A stretch of DNA of 64,000 bases. Source: Octopus sinensis. Taxonomy: Eukaryota. This document shows positions 23,969 to 38,147 of the stretch, one piece after another. The first letter of the stretch is position 1, and the number at the start of each line of letters is the position of its first letter. The notes under the pieces are model-generated. The model saw only the letters and a list, made by a program, of their open reading frames with translations, made no database searches and was not told where the DNA came from. The translations under genes and the position numbers were made by a program. Where the stretch lies: the NCBI RefSeq assembly GCF_006345805.1, contig NC_043004.1:93248001-93312000 (forward strand), read 5' to 3'.

Positions 23969-26544
23969 CTGCAGAGGTAAAAGAAATAGACAAAATATGA
24001 AGCTAAGATTATAAGATAATATAGATATCTATCATGTCAAGATGATAATAACAAACAAATAAAAGACTTGAGTAAAGAGCATTAATTATTGGGAAGCAGC
24101 TATGAAGAACTTGTTGCTTTCTTTACACACCACAACCATCGTTCTTCTCATACAACATATTCAACCACCTAAAAATTAAATACCACTGTTTTGTCCTGTA
24201 TGTTTGCTTCATTCTTTCTTCTCTTGAGGCTCCACTACTTTGCTATCTCGAGGAGCAAGGATATCTAAATGTTGTATGAATAATTACTAAAACATAAAAA
24301 ATGGGGAAACTTTTTCAGTTTAAACTTTTAAATTTTGGTTTTAAATTTTACCTTGTAGCAAAACGATACAGATACAGATCTCAAGTTGAGTATTCAGCTC
24401 AATACTTTTTCATATACTATGTAGGTAAGTCATGGGCTAAATATATATATATATACAAAATAAAAATCAGTTTCACAAACAATGAAATACAGTAGAAATA
24501 CATTCACACAAACACACACTGAGTTACATAATGACACAATTTTGTTTTCTATGAACAACAGTTAGGATAAAATATATTCAAAATACTGAACACATATAAA
24601 GAGAAACACATTCATATACACACACACACACACACACACACAATGATACATAGACATATATTGCCTTTCAAATATTGGAGGTTATAATAATCAGAAGCAC
24701 ATAAGACAATTATAGCCACTTATAAAGAGAAAATACTGTTGTACACTCTTTAGTACCTACCAACACCTTTCAGATATTGGTAGTTATATTAATAGTTCAT
24801 ATGAAACACTGAAATAATAACCACAAACATAAAGAAAGACATACATGCACACATCTCTGTATCAGTCTATGAGTATGTGATAAGGTGAGTGGATTGCTAT
24901 TTGACCTTCACCAACTCCAGCTGTGATATCTGTAATGATAGCTAGTACTAAAAGTATCCTAAAATGATTCATCAAAATACCAGATTAGATTACTAAGTTA
25001 TCAGTGGTATCTCAATCGGCAAAGCTTGTTCCAATGCAGGCAAATGAATTCACCTGACAGCAATATCAGGTTCACCTGGTTATTGAAGGTTTAAGTATTG
25101 GTCTCTTTGGTTGATACAAAAATCATCGGCCATGTGTTTAGTGGAAACATTCAATGCAGGTCAAACATCCAACCACATGGCTGAGTAGATATGGTTTTTG
25201 TAGAACAGGGCACAAGCCAAAAACTGAGATCAAAAGTAGGATACATTATTGTATATTGCCTTGGTTTCACCAAACTGTCGGAAGCAAACCAACCAGCTGT
25301 AATTGCAATTTAAAGGGTTAGCTATATCATACACAGTGTCACACTGATTCTGACTAAGGATTATGTTAACCTTTTAGCATCCAGATTATTCTGTTGAATG
25401 TAATGCTTATTTAAGCTTATTTAATCACATTGCTTTGAATTTATCAGCTGTTATCTTGTAGCTTTGATATTTTGATGATGTGATTGTTTGTTATATTTTA
25501 AGAATGACATGGGATAAGTGTGAGAGGCTGGATTTGGTCAGTTTAAGCGTAAAGCAGGTAAATTATTTGGGCCTGATATGGCCAATTGTAAAAGGTGCAA
25601 GATGTCTGAGAACTATTCTCTACAATATACTAAAATACAATGAGCAGATATGTGCATATATATAATCATCATCATTTAGCAAATGCTTTCCATGCTGGCA
25701 TGGGTTATACTAAGTTCCAGCCTGATTTGACATGGTTTCTATGGTTGGATGCCCTTCCTAATGCCATCATCTTTAATGTTCATGTTCCATGCTGGTGCAC
25801 GCATGTGCACACATGCTTACTTATGTGTCTATCATCATCCTCATTATTGTCATCTGTTTTTTCCATGCTGGCATAGGTTAGATGGTTTCATAGGATCCAA
25901 AAGGTTGGAAGACCATGTCCTCCACCAATGTATCAGTCTCTGTAGCTGGATGCCCTTCCCAGAACCTACCACTTTATGATGTACCTGGTGCATTTTTCCA
26001 TGGCAGTAACATTATAGAAGTTGTCTTGCTCTCGGCAGGACTAAAGAACCCTCTCAAGCCCTGTGTTGGCTCTGCTTGAATTGATTACCAAACATTTAGA
26101 GAGTGTACCGAGTCCATTTTTGTGACACCAGCTACAGTGCTGTTTGCCTTATAACCCACAAAACAAAAAGAGACCCTCCCCACCTGTTCTGGATGGACTA
26201 GGTTTATTGTTGTGAGAAAACTGTAGTAGAGAGAATAACAAAGGGATCAGTGTTGGGGTGAGAGTAATAGAGGAGACCGAGGGAAGGGATAGGGAAGAGT
26301 AATGTTAGTAATTAGTGTGGAGAGGGGAAAGATACAACAATAATGATGATGGAATTGGTTGATCCACTTGCCATTCCTGCACGGGTTGGACACTTCATCA
26401 GGGTCTAAGACAGTTCTTGACAAAACATAAGTTTACTGCAGAGAGAAAGGATAATGGAGAAGGCTGAGTAGGAGGAAATGCAGTGCTCAACCACATTATA
26501 AGTGGATAAGGTGTGAGAGTAGATCGAGGCCGTCACCGTCCTTG

Positions 26545-26547
26545 GTG

Positions 26548-26593
<46 letters not shown>

Positions 26594-26720
26594 CTCGATT
26601 GGTCTTTCGCCTCTACACCTGGTTCCGATGATCGATTTTCAAGTCAGAGGCGCTTTGGACTTCCACCAGAGTTTCCTCTGGCTTCATCCCGACAAGATGT
26701 AGATCGCCATCTTTCAGGTC
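26545..26720 (-). pseudogene. Decayed 28S (LSU) rRNA fragment in DOHH intron 1
   Basis: Plus strand GCCAGCTATCCTGAGGGAAACTTCGGAGGGAACCAGCTACTAGATGG...CCACCAGAGTTTCCTCTGGCTTC...CCATCTTTCAGGTC is the reverse complement of a conserved eukaryotic 28S core, with many substitutions. No other rDNA is present. Confidence 0.9.
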
Positions 26721-26838
26721 TGCCAGATCAAATTGGAGCCTGGTGCAGCCATCTGGTTCGCCAGACTTCAGTCAAATCGTCCAACCCATGCTAGCAGGGA
26801 AAGCAGACGTTAAACAATGATGATAATGATGATGATGA
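26721..26838 (+). mobile_element. 3' portion of retroposon family C, fused directly to the 28S fragment
   Basis: tgccagatcaaattggagcctggtgcagcc...ccatgctagcagggaaagcagacgttaaacaatgatgataatgatgatgatg. Confidence 0.8.
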
Positions 26839-26983
26839 AGGTGTGCGTGACGGAAAGATAAAGAGTGGCAATAGAAGGGAAAGAGAAAGGGAGATGGGGA
26901 ATTATTGAGAGTCAGTGAGTGATCCAAACTCATATATGGGTAGGTAGAATGGTGCAGGGTGATGAGCTAGAGCATATATTTAA

Positions 26984-27063
26984 CCCCTTAGTATTCAGAT
27001 TATTCTGAACATAAGGAAGGTCAAATATTTAGGCTGGATATGGCTGGTTTGGATGCTAAAGGG
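26984..27063. mobile_element. 80 bp TTAA-flanked MITE remnant, same family as 12000-12218
   Basis: TTAA|CCCCTTAGTATTCAGA...GGATGCTAAAGGG|TTAA. Confidence 0.65.
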
Positions 27064-27789
27064 TTAAAGTAACATGTCCAAGAGAACATGGTGACAGAAG
27101 AATCTGGCAAAGTAGGTAAAAGATGCAAAGGTGCAATCCTTTCCCAGCCAAACACTTATACGTCATCTTCAGAAAATACACATACAAGATACGGGCATGT
27201 TCATTCCTCATCAGTTATCATCCAAAAGTCATTACAATTTCACACCTTTAATGATAATATTGTTCAGTTTTGGAAGTGTTAGTAGGAAAAAGCTGCTGGG
27301 AATAGTGAGTGAAATGTTGAGGACAGTGATGAAAACAAACAACACAGGTAGTGGTATGAATATAAATATACAAAAAGAAAAGAAAATATACAATATACAA
27401 AAACAAAATAAAATATACAATATACAAACAACATAAAAGCAGTACAGTTCTGAAACAAAGAGAGGACAAGGGACAAGTATGTATGAGGAAAATGTCCCAA
27501 AAAAGTGGAAATGGAAAGTAGAGATAGAAAGATAGAACAAAAGGTGAAAGAACAAACACTCAGTTGGAAATAGAGCCTGAGAAAAGCATGACTGGATGAT
27601 CAATAGCTAAGCAAAGAAAAGACGAGGGCAGAGACAGGAGAATGGTCACAGGTCACATGGTAGTGGGAGGAGAGAGAGAAGAAAGTGGTGGAAGACAGAG
27701 AGACAGAAAGCAACAGAGGTAAGTTGGTGAGGAAGAGAGAAGAGAGAGAAGGAGAAAAGAGAAAGAAAGAGACATCACACAAATATTAC

Positions 27790-29750
27790 TATTATGTATA
27801 TCATCATCATTTAGCATCTCCATGTGGACATAGGTTGGTTTAACATGGGGCTGGCCAGTCAGGGAGCTACCCAGACTCCAGCTGCCTAAGGCATGGTTTT
27901 TGCAGCTAGATGCCCTTCCTAATGTCAACTATTTTATCCCGGGTCTTCTTGGGTCTACCTCTTCCACAGGTTCCCTCAACCGCTAGGGTGTGGCACTTTT
28001 TCACACAGCTATCCTCATCCATTCTCGCCACATGACCATACCAGCGCAATCGTCTCTCTTGCACACCACATCTGATGCTTCTTAGGTCCAACTTTCCTCT
28101 CAAGGCACTTACACTCTGTCGAGTATGCACACTGACATTACACATCCATCGGAGCATACTGGCTTCATTCCTTGTGAGCTTACGCATGTCCTCAACAGTC
28201 ATGGCCCATGTTTCACTGCCATGTAGCATGGCTGTTTGTACACATGCATCATATAGTCTGCCTTTTACTCTGAGCGAGAGGCCCTTTGTCACCAGTAGAG
28301 GTAAGAGCTCTCTGAACTTTGTCCAGGCTATTCTTATTCTAGCAGCTACACTTTCAGCGCACCCTCCCCTGCTACTGACTTGGTCACTTAGGTAATGGAA
28401 GCTATCAACTACTTCTAGTTTTTCTCCTTGGAATGTGGCAGAAGTTGTTCTCAGTACATTTTCAGTGTTTATTGCTCCTGAGCATCTGCCACATACAAAA
28501 ACTATCTTCCTAGTTAACCTTCCTTTGATATTGCTGCACCTCTTAAGTGTCCATAGCTTACTGGGGACATCTTATAGGGTTTCTACCTACGCCTTTTCTA
28601 CAGATTGAGCAGGGCCATCTACCTGAAGGAGTTTATGGTTTTTCTACCTTCCTACTTATTAGGACTTTGGTTTTAGCTAGGTTGACTCTAAGGCCCTTCG
28701 ATTCTAATCCTTGCTTCCACACCTGAAACTTCTGTAGTTCTGATAGTGACTCAGCAATTAGAGCAAGGTCATCAACAAAGAGGAGCTCCCAGGGGCATCC
28801 TAACTTGAATTCCTCTGTTATTGCCGGGAGGACTATGATAAATAGGAGGGGGCTGAAGACTGAACCTTGGTGGACCCCTACCTCTACCCGGTTCTAATCT
28901 GATCTGGCAAGGTTTCTACAGCTGGATGCCCTTCCTAATGCCAGGTAATATATATCTGTCTCCTAGCTTCCCTTCTGGCTATCTGATACAGTTCTCTGCT
29001 ACCCACACTCTTCCAGGCTTTCCAGGCCTGTTTCTTTGCTCTAATAGCCCAGTCTACAGTATTATTCCACCACCACATTACCCTAGGTATGGACGGGACT
29101 TTGGACCAGTCACACATTTGGTCCATGGTGCACAGCAAGCTGCCACGCAGGAATTCCTAGTTGCCCTCTGTCACTAGTTTGTAGCTCCTCCTCCCTCTTA
29201 TCAAATTTCTCAATGAGGATGTCCATGTGAAGAGTTCTTAAGCTTCCAAATCCTTGTTCTCCAGACTGGTCTGCTTCCTGGCATCCTTCTGACCTCAAGT
29301 CTAAAATCACTAATAACTAGTCTATGCTGGGGGGGGGGTACATTCTTCACCAGGGAGGGTCTTTGTATTGAAGAGAAACCATGCATCCCGCTGTTTGGTG
29401 AGAATGAAATCAATCTGGCGAGCAGAGTCACCTGATTGATAGGTTATCAGGTGGCTGGCTGGCTTCTTGAAGTTGGTGTTGCAGATCAATAGGTTGCTTG
29501 CATCATAGAACTCCAGTAACCTAGTTCCCTCTTCATTTTGGGAACCAATTCCATGGCCCTCATGAACACCATGGAAAATACTAAGTTGCCATCCTACATG
29601 CTCATTAAAATTTCCAGCCTCAAAGATGAGATCACTGTCACTTGTCTTTGAGGTAGCCTGCAGAAGAATATCGTAAAAGTGGTCCTTCTGTTCATTTGGT
29701 AGGCCCGCTTGTGGAGCATAGGCAGAGATAATTGTAGCTAAAAAACAAAA
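27790..29750 (-). mobile_element. Internally deleted RTE LINE: endonuclease, linker, RT C-terminal half and family C-type 3' tail
   Basis: AP-endonuclease ISAYAPQAG...GNFNEHVG...QIDFIL (29340-29740), linker WWWNNTVD..AIRAKKQAWKAWK (28940-29140), RT GVHQGSVFSPLLF..WELLFVDDL (28760-28890), C-terminus SETW...RRLRWYGHV..GRGRPKK (27940-28290), then a (GAT)n tail. Confidence 0.9.
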
Positions 29751-30133
29751 AAGAGCAAAGAGAAATAATCCAGATGGGCAATGGTATAAATTTGGACAAC
29801 AAAGATGAATGGTGTCTGGTCCCACCAGTGTCACTATGAATCAGCCTAAACATTAAAGAAAGAGAAGCATTAAATAAACAGGAAACAATACACAATCCAA
29901 TCTTAATCCATACTCAAATTTCATCTCTTCTTATTCACTTATTAATCCAGGTTTAGTCCCACTGCATGCTATCTAGTTAAGTGCCTTCTACTACAGCTCT
30001 GGGTCGACAAAAGCCATATGAGTGTATTTGAGTGATGGAAACTGAGAGAAGCCCATCACGTACATGTATATGTGTGTGCACATGTGTGTTAGTCTCCTTG
30101 CCTTCACATCACATGATAGTTGCAAATGGGTGT

Positions 30134-30356
30134 CAATCGAAGGAGAGGGGCTTTCTCCGTCCGGGTTGCGGCTCCATGGAATAAGCTGCCGGATGAGATA
30201 GTGAAGATGCCGACGACCGCTTGGTTCAAAGTCTCCCTTGACTACAAGTGGCCTGAACTCTTTACATGAACACCACCCTGTACATAACTCCATGTCCCCC
30301 TACATGGCCTTGCTTTTTGCTTTTTGAGCCAAAAAATTAACTAACTAACTAACTAA
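30134..30356 (+). mobile_element. CR1-like LINE 3' end with (CTAA)n tail, nested in a B-head SINE (~29955-30540)
   Basis: NRRRGAFSVRVAAPWNKLPDEIVKMPTTAWFKVSLDYKWPELFT*. The host SINE resumes (atacaagcagtatccttcatttccaatc) after the tail. Confidence 0.75.
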
Positions 30357-33300
30357 TATAATACAAGCAGTATCCTTCATTTCCAATCTTCCATGAAAAC
30401 ATGTCTGGTGATGGGGAAATATTACCTTATTTGGAAACAGGTGGAGGTAGGTGACAGGAAGCCCATCCAGCCATAGAAAATCTGCCTCAACAAATTTCAT
30501 CTGGCCCATGCAAGTACACAAAAACTGAACATTAAAATGCTGACAAATAATCCCATGATCACATTGCTTCTCTATTATTACTCTGAAAGTTGCTACACGT
30601 CATAATTTAATTATTTTCAAGCTGGTACGATTGCGAATATAGAATGCCATGAAATTTACCAGTTCAGATGGGATGGTAAATGAACACTCTACTGATATTA
30701 GCACAAGGTATCCACTTCTGAAGATAGCAATCTTATATCACATCAGCTTGAGTCACTGTATGAGAAACAACCAACCAACAGGAGAACAATGTATATATGA
30801 CTCACTAATACCACCACCACTACAACCACTATTATAAGAGCAAAGTTTCATACTTGTTATCCAATTATGTGTTAGGAGGTACTAAAATGAAATTGACTTG
30901 GCCCAATCTTCATCATTTTGGAGTTTACGCCAATGCAGTGTATATATTGGGTTATAACAAATCTCAAATGAAATTCATTCATCACCAACATCATTCTAAT
31001 ATCTACTTTTCCATACTTGTTCAAGGTGCCAAGCAGTGGGATTGAATATGAAACCAAGTGGTTGAAAAGGAAACTTCTGATCCACACATCCATGCTTGCA
31101 CTAGATACACAGACAGAGATAGATAACAGTCTCAGCTTTTGGAAAATAGAGTCATTCAGGTCATATTTTATCCTATTGCTTGTGTTAAATGTAACTCTAT
31201 CTCCAAAGACCTTGGAGAAGTGCAAGTAAAGGAAAACCAAGCCCAAGACTTCACTATTATTCAAAGGATTGAAAATATAATAGAATTTAGTCAAGGTGTT
31301 TGTGCTCTTAAGCCATATTACAGTAGTGAAATAGCTGGGCTTAGGCACAGTTATTGCATGGGAAAGCAAGCAGAACCTTGACACAAAGGTGACAGTGTAC
31401 AATACTTCATGTAAAGGTGTGATGCTCTAAAGTCTGTAGCAAGATTATTCTTAATGTTCTAAATGGTTGATATTGGCCCTAAACAAAGTGGAGAGCTGGT
31501 AGAATCATTTGTGTGCTGGACAAAATACCTGGTAGTATTTTGTCTGGCTTTACATTCTGAGTTCAAATGCTATGAAGGTTGACTTTGCCTTTCATCCTTT
31601 CGAGTTTGGAGTTGATAAAATAAGTACCAGTCAAGTACTGGAGGGGTCAATGTAATCAACAAGCTTCCTTGCACAAAAATTTCAGGGTTTGTGCCTATTT
31701 TAGAAAGCATATTGGTCCCAAAGAAGACAGCAGAACAGCGACTGGTGAATAGTAAGAGAGAAGCAGAAAATACCACATCATGGATATTGTACAGCAATGT
31801 GAAAGAAAGAACTATGCCTGGGGACAAAGAAAAAACAGAAACAATTCCATCTTCAGTCAATAATGATAGATCCTACAGGGTTAGGGTGAGTGCAGCTATC
31901 CCTTAGTCTGGCATGGCGGCAGTATGAATGACAGAAACACGTAGAAACAGAACAGTGTGCTTTGATTAGGGTCGTGGGCATTATCAGCTATTATCAATGT
32001 TTTTCAGTGCCACTAGATAAGACAATAATGTTAGAAGGTAGCAAAAATTGTTACAATCTTCAGTCAAGAGCTGATGAAAGACGTGTGACGTGTGAATGTA
32101 AAAATAAATGTGTGTGTGTGTGTGTGTGAGACATGCATGCTAAAATACATATGTGTATGCCTGTGTGTGTGAACATAGCTATATTGGTGTAGGTAGTTGC
32201 TATGTGACAGTCAGTACTAGAAAGTCTTGTTTTAACTCATGTCATACAAATAACAAATAAAAAATGTAAAAATGTAAAAGAATAGGAATTAAAGGATAAA
32301 GATATTCTGCTCCTAATCCTAAATCTGGATTAAATATATGATTAAAGCACCAAGTGAATGGGATTTAGCAGGCAAAATAAATAAAACAAAACAAAAAGGA
32401 AAGAGAAAATTTTGGTACAACGAATGCCTATTAATTACTAGATAATGATATTAATAACAATAATATTGATATTTATCCTCTTACATCAATGGTACTATGG
32501 TTTAACCCTTTTGATACAAATCCACCCAAGATACTTGGATTTAAGTATCTATATTTAAATTTAAATCTTCAGCTGCCTTTTATTATATTCAAACATCCAT
32601 TGTGCTAGTTGTCTCATCCACTTAATGACAGAGAAGTTGGAGATGAGCACAAACATTATAGCTTCTTGCATTAACGAACCCTAAATTAACATCCCCAAAT
32701 TCATAAAGGCAGCTCAGTCGAATGACTCAAGCAATCCCAATTGTTGTTTTAAGCAGTGTTGTAAAACCTTGTAATGCAAATAGCTTCAGGGAGCCTTAAA
32801 GGGTTTCTAAGGTTTCAGTATTTAGATCTAATGTTACAGTTGGGATTGGATGAGAGATAAATGTCATGTCAACCTCTGGATGATTCACTGGTAGTTTGCA
32901 GATAATCTTCTTAGAGGATCTGGTACATATTTCCAACAATTTGGTGAACTGAGGCTATTGTCTTTCTTGAATCTTAGGAGGACACCAATCTAAACATCTT
33001 GGCAAGAGATGATACTAAGTACGGATATCTGTTAAGTTGTTACTTATGGACATATCATATCACAGGAGACTTACTGGCTGGGGAGCATGTCAGTGATTGA
33101 AGACTTACCTATCAGACAAATATGTGTAGTGAATTGAAGTAAGAATAGTGTTTTATTTTGGACTTTAATATTTTAAACTTGTGGCTATATCCTCTATTGT
33201 GAGGGTCCAGTTTGAAATACTAGTCTCATTGCATACCATCAGTAAGCCTTCCAACTTTTACTCCCAGTTTGATTCTTGTGACATAGACCATTAATATCCG

Positions 33301-34344
33301 ACAAGTGAGTGTTTTTATCAACTGAAGAATCAATATGTAGGTGCATATGTGTCTTGTGAAGTTACAGTCAAAAAATGTTGGTGTCACATTAAAAGCACAC
33401 ACTATAAAGTGGTTGGTGTTAGGAAGGGTGTCCAGCTGAAGAAAACAAGCCTAATCAGACTGGAACTCGGTGCAGCTCTCTGGCTTGCCAGCTCTGGTCA
33501 AACTGTCCGACCCATGCCAGCATGAAAAAAGAAATGTTAAAGGATGATGATGAGTAGGATTGGGAATACTAGTGGTTTAGTCATTTGACTACAAATAACA
33601 TTTAATTCCTGTCATAAGTTTCTGTGTGCTTCTTAGGACTGACTAACATCTGTTCAAATGCTGTTGGCATAGAAACTTCCTCCACTTGAGTCTTTGGAAG
33701 TCGTATTCAATTAATTTCTACCATCACAGGACTTCAGGGAAAGACAAATAAAAGAAAAGACAAAGATTCAACAGAAGAAAAAAAAAAACCTCATTTGAGT
33801 TACAGGCAGTGGAAAATGGACTGCTCCAGTTTGTTTGAGAACTGATTTATGTCACAGAAGGTCATGTTATTGGAGACTAGGCATTTGTACCATGCCACTT
33901 CAGATAATTCAGCTAATTATTCTTCATATTTTAACTGTAATTAGATCTCAATAAGCATAAATGAATAAATAAACAAACAAATGAAAGAAAGAATTTTAAA
34001 AAATTAAAATCTTCCATCGTCCAATCACATAGCAATTGAGAAGAGTCAAAAATCTCAAATGATCAGGAATTCATTTCTTCAAACACACATACACGAATCA
34101 AATAGTGAAGAGGACATAACAGAAGAAGGATTTCATATGCAAATATATATATATATATATATTTAAAAAAAAGGAATTAGGCAGAATTTTTAATCATTAT
34201 TCATTTAGTGCTTTCATCTCAATTCGGAGAATCATCAGGAATGAAGAAATGAGATGAAAGTGCTAAATAAATAATGATCCAAAGTTCTGACTACTTCCTT
34301 TTTCTTAATAAATAAAATCTGTGCACCACTATATATATATGTGA

Positions 34345-34672
34345 GGAGAGGAGGAGACCCCCTTCCGTTATGAATGACCATGGGATTGCACCTAGAAAGT
34401 TACCTTCCGAGGCACAAGTCCGGGCAAGGTTGTTTTATGGAAGGCTAGCAGTCATCCATGTATGCCAGCCTCTCCGCTCCACACCACTAATGTTATCCAA
34501 AGGAAGGGCAAAGGCCGATATATCTTGGCACCAGTGATGTCGCAACTCATTTCTACAGCTGAGTTAACTGGAGCAATGTAAAGAACACAACACGCAGCCC
34601 AGCCGGGGAATCGAACACACAACCTCACAATCGTAAGCTCGATGCTCTAACCACTGAGCCATGTGCCTTCAC
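34345..34672 (-). mobile_element. tRNA-derived SINE, distinct family
   Basis: A box TGGCTCAGTGG (plus 34651-34661) and B box GTTCGATTCC (plus 34607-34616), followed by a non-tRNA body. Confidence 0.75.
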
Positions 34673-37149
34673 ACATACACACATATATATATATAAGAGG
34701 AGAGAAAGAGGGATGGAGAAAGAGTGGAAGCAATTAAAGAAGAGAAACCAATTAGCAATTTACTGACTAAGCATTGAGGGATGGGTAAAAGAAACAGAGG
34801 TAAAACAGGGATGGGGTGATGTTTTGGTGAGAAATTTTGTGTTCATGCTCCAGTATGGGGAAGGTCGAGCTGCACCCATAGGCTCTGCAGGTAGGTGGGC
34901 ACTCCCTTAGAAATTGAAGGTTTTATAAATGCTTCTACAGAGTAAAGAGACCCATAAGGTTGGAGAGAATGGCTGTGAAAGTGTTCAGTAAAGGTTGTAG
35001 AGTGAGACAAAAGGAAAGAGGTATGGATGCATCTTATAAGCTTGAGCAGGACGAGAGGATTCAGAGAAACGAGAACAGCTGAAGTTTTGACAAAGGAGAC
35101 AGAAAGCAGATAGAATATGCCTGTTAGTTTGTAGTTATAAAATGTGTTGATTAATAGAGATATAAGATAGATTACCTCCCTTCTTGATGAGCTCTAAAAT
35201 GTGTCTGTAACATCCACTCTGTCCTTTATATATATATATATGTGTGTGTGTGTATATGTAAAAGAATATACCATCATCGTTATCATTTAACAGACGTTAA
35301 ATGATGACGACGATATATTCTTTTACTTGTTTCAGTCAGTTGATTGCGACCATGCTGGAGTACTGCCTTCAAGGGTTTTTTTTTTTAGTCGAACAAATCA
35401 ACCCCAGCACTAGCACTGTTTTGCCAACACTTGTCCAAGGTGCCACACAGTGGGACTGAACCTGGATCCATGTCGTTGGGAAGCAACGCCTGTGCCTATA
35501 GATATCTATATATAGAGAGAGAGATTACCAACTACACATAATGTATTTGTTTTGCTGGTTTGCTGTTGTATAGTGTTTTGGGGGTGACTCCCTCATAGCA
35601 CTGGGTGTTAAAACACCTGAAAGTCATAGACAGGTGAGACAATTCTTCCCCAATCCAATCCAGGAGTGATGAATACCAATATTTTGCCATCTTTGTGGCG
35701 TATTGACATCACTTACCTGAATCAAACCGGCGACAAACTGAATCGCCAATCTATGACTATATACAAATAGTGTAAGAACCATTTGCTGGAATGCCATTGC
35801 AATGCATGAGTATAATTAAATTCAATTACAAATTAAAAGCAGTTCTAATGTTGTAAAGATTATCAACTGCACATACTCAATGTGTTTTGCTTGTTCACAA
35901 GTTTGCTGCTGTATAGCAACTTTTACATACATGCATAGGATTAAAAGGAATTTAGTGGGGCAAGTTTTCTACAGCTTGATGCCCTTCTTGTCACAAGCCT
36001 TTATCTGTTTCCAAGGAAGGTGAAATTTCCTCATGGACGGACTTGTTTTTACAGCAGGTTAGAAATGAAGGACACTATTTGTACAACTGTGATACTTGTT
36101 TACAGCTACAATGTACTCACAAAGCTTTGTTTGGCGTGGAGCTAATGTAGCAAAGGTGCTGCACAGTAGGTCTGAGCCTAAACTTATGTACTTGTGAACT
36201 GAACTGATACACCACACAGAGGATTTATATTAAGAGTGTAAATTAGGAAGATTCATTCATCACTTTCCCAATGGGTATAAATACTTAATAGAAATGAGCC
36301 AGCTCAATTAAAAATTGAAACTATTAATCTTGGCTATCCTTAACTTTTGACTAGCCACAATACCAGTTTTTAAAATGGATGGGTAGCAGAGAATACCCAC
36401 ACTACACTGGTACTTTTTTAATGTTGTTTTCCCTGCCAAAGCAGGTCCAATAATATGAGTATAGACAATGTGTATCATCATCATCATTATCATGCTAGCA
36501 TGGGTTGGACGATTTGACTGAGGCCTGGTGAACCAGATGGCTGCACCAGCCTCCAATCTGATCTGGCAGAGTTTCTACAGCTGGATGCCCTTCCTAACGC
36601 CAACCACTCCGAGAGTGTAGTGGGTGTGGTTAGTGTTAGGAAGGGCATATATATATATATATACACCAAGTGAATTGGGATGTATAACCTTTGTCTTATC
36701 AACCAAATCATTTCAGCAGATATTGGCTATCTGAAAACTGAAAAACAGGAAGCCTTTTCACCCTACCACTCCAATTATCTGAACATTCATAAAATATCCA
36801 TATACACATATACACACACATAAGAAAAAGATGATAATGTTAACATAACCACTTTTTTCCATTGTAATCTTTTTCGTTATTGCTGCTCTATACTCATCTA
36901 ATACTTCATTCTGAAGTATACATATATTGAGTTCTACACCAGGTTATTAGTCTTGCAATGCCTAAGTGAAATATATATATATATATATATATATAGGTGC
37001 AAGCACTGGTGGTGTATAGTGAAGACATGTGCTTCATAAACAAGGCATTGTGGGTAGGTGTCTTTACTACGGCCGCAGACTTACAATGCCTTTTGAATGG
37101 AATTGGTGAAACGAAGTTGTAGGAAATTCTTTATATACATATATACTCT

Positions 37150-37540
37150 TTTACTCTCTTACATGTTTCAGTCATTTGAATGCAGCCATGCTGGAGCACC
37201 ACCTCTACTTGAAGAAATCAACCACAGGACTTTATTCTTTGTAAGCCCAGTTCTATCGGTCTCTTTTGCCAAACCACTAAGTTTTGGGGACATAATAAAT
37301 ACACCAACATCAGTTGTCAAGCAATGGTGGGGGGACAAACATAGACACAAAGGCACACACACATAAATATATATATACATATATATGACGGGCTTCTTTC
37401 AGTTTCCATCTACCAAATCTACTCACAAGGTTTTGGTCGGCCCGAGGCTATAGTAGAAGACACTTGCCCAAGGTACCACGCAGTGGGACTGAACCCAGAA
37501 CCAAGTGGTTGGGAAGCAAGCTTCTTACCACACAGCCACA
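37150..37540 (-). mobile_element. SINE family B (tRNA head, CORE-like segment, central microsatellite)
   Basis: Reverse complement of the plus copies at 55180, 62059 and 62917. Confidence 0.8.
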
Positions 37541-38103
37541 TCTGCACATATATATGATGGACTGTCCCATCAGAGACAACATATGGGTGTTCAGTTTTTT
37601 TGCTGAATGACCTGCACAAATTAGTTTATAGCGATCAAGTGTTTGCACTGCACATTAGCGCACTCTCCATCAAATCAACGTTGCCTAAAAGGGGTGCATG
37701 GTGTGCCACACATCAGGTGTTGAAGTGATCTCAGAGCAACATGAGATGAAGTGTTTTGCTGAAGAACACATCACACCACCCAGGCTAGGAATTGAAACCA
37801 TGATCTCACAATCATGAGTGCAACACCCTAACCAGAAGCACATTCATCCTCATATACATATATATGTGTGTGTGAGGGGGGGTAAGACATTCCCCTATCT
37901 TGATATTGTTTGCACACTACATAAACAATGTCACAGACATTGCTTTTGTTTTACAATCTGCTGTGAAAATATGTCCACCTGTTTGTCATTTGAAACACCA
38001 CAAGGAATGATATTTTAACTGGAAACAGGTGAGAGTTGGTGACAGGAAGGGCATCTGATAACCTATGATAGCATGGAAAAATTGAACATTAAAATGATGA
38101 TGA

Positions 38104-38147
<44 letters not shown>

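Noticed and set aside
30872-31402. 176 aa minus-strand ORF
   Set aside because: No recognisable domain or splice support, and it overlaps a decayed SINE head.
34600-34672. tRNA-like A and B boxes (also 50258-50320 and family A/B heads)
   Set aside because: No complete cloverleaf, and each continues into a SINE body. These are SINE heads, not tRNA genes.
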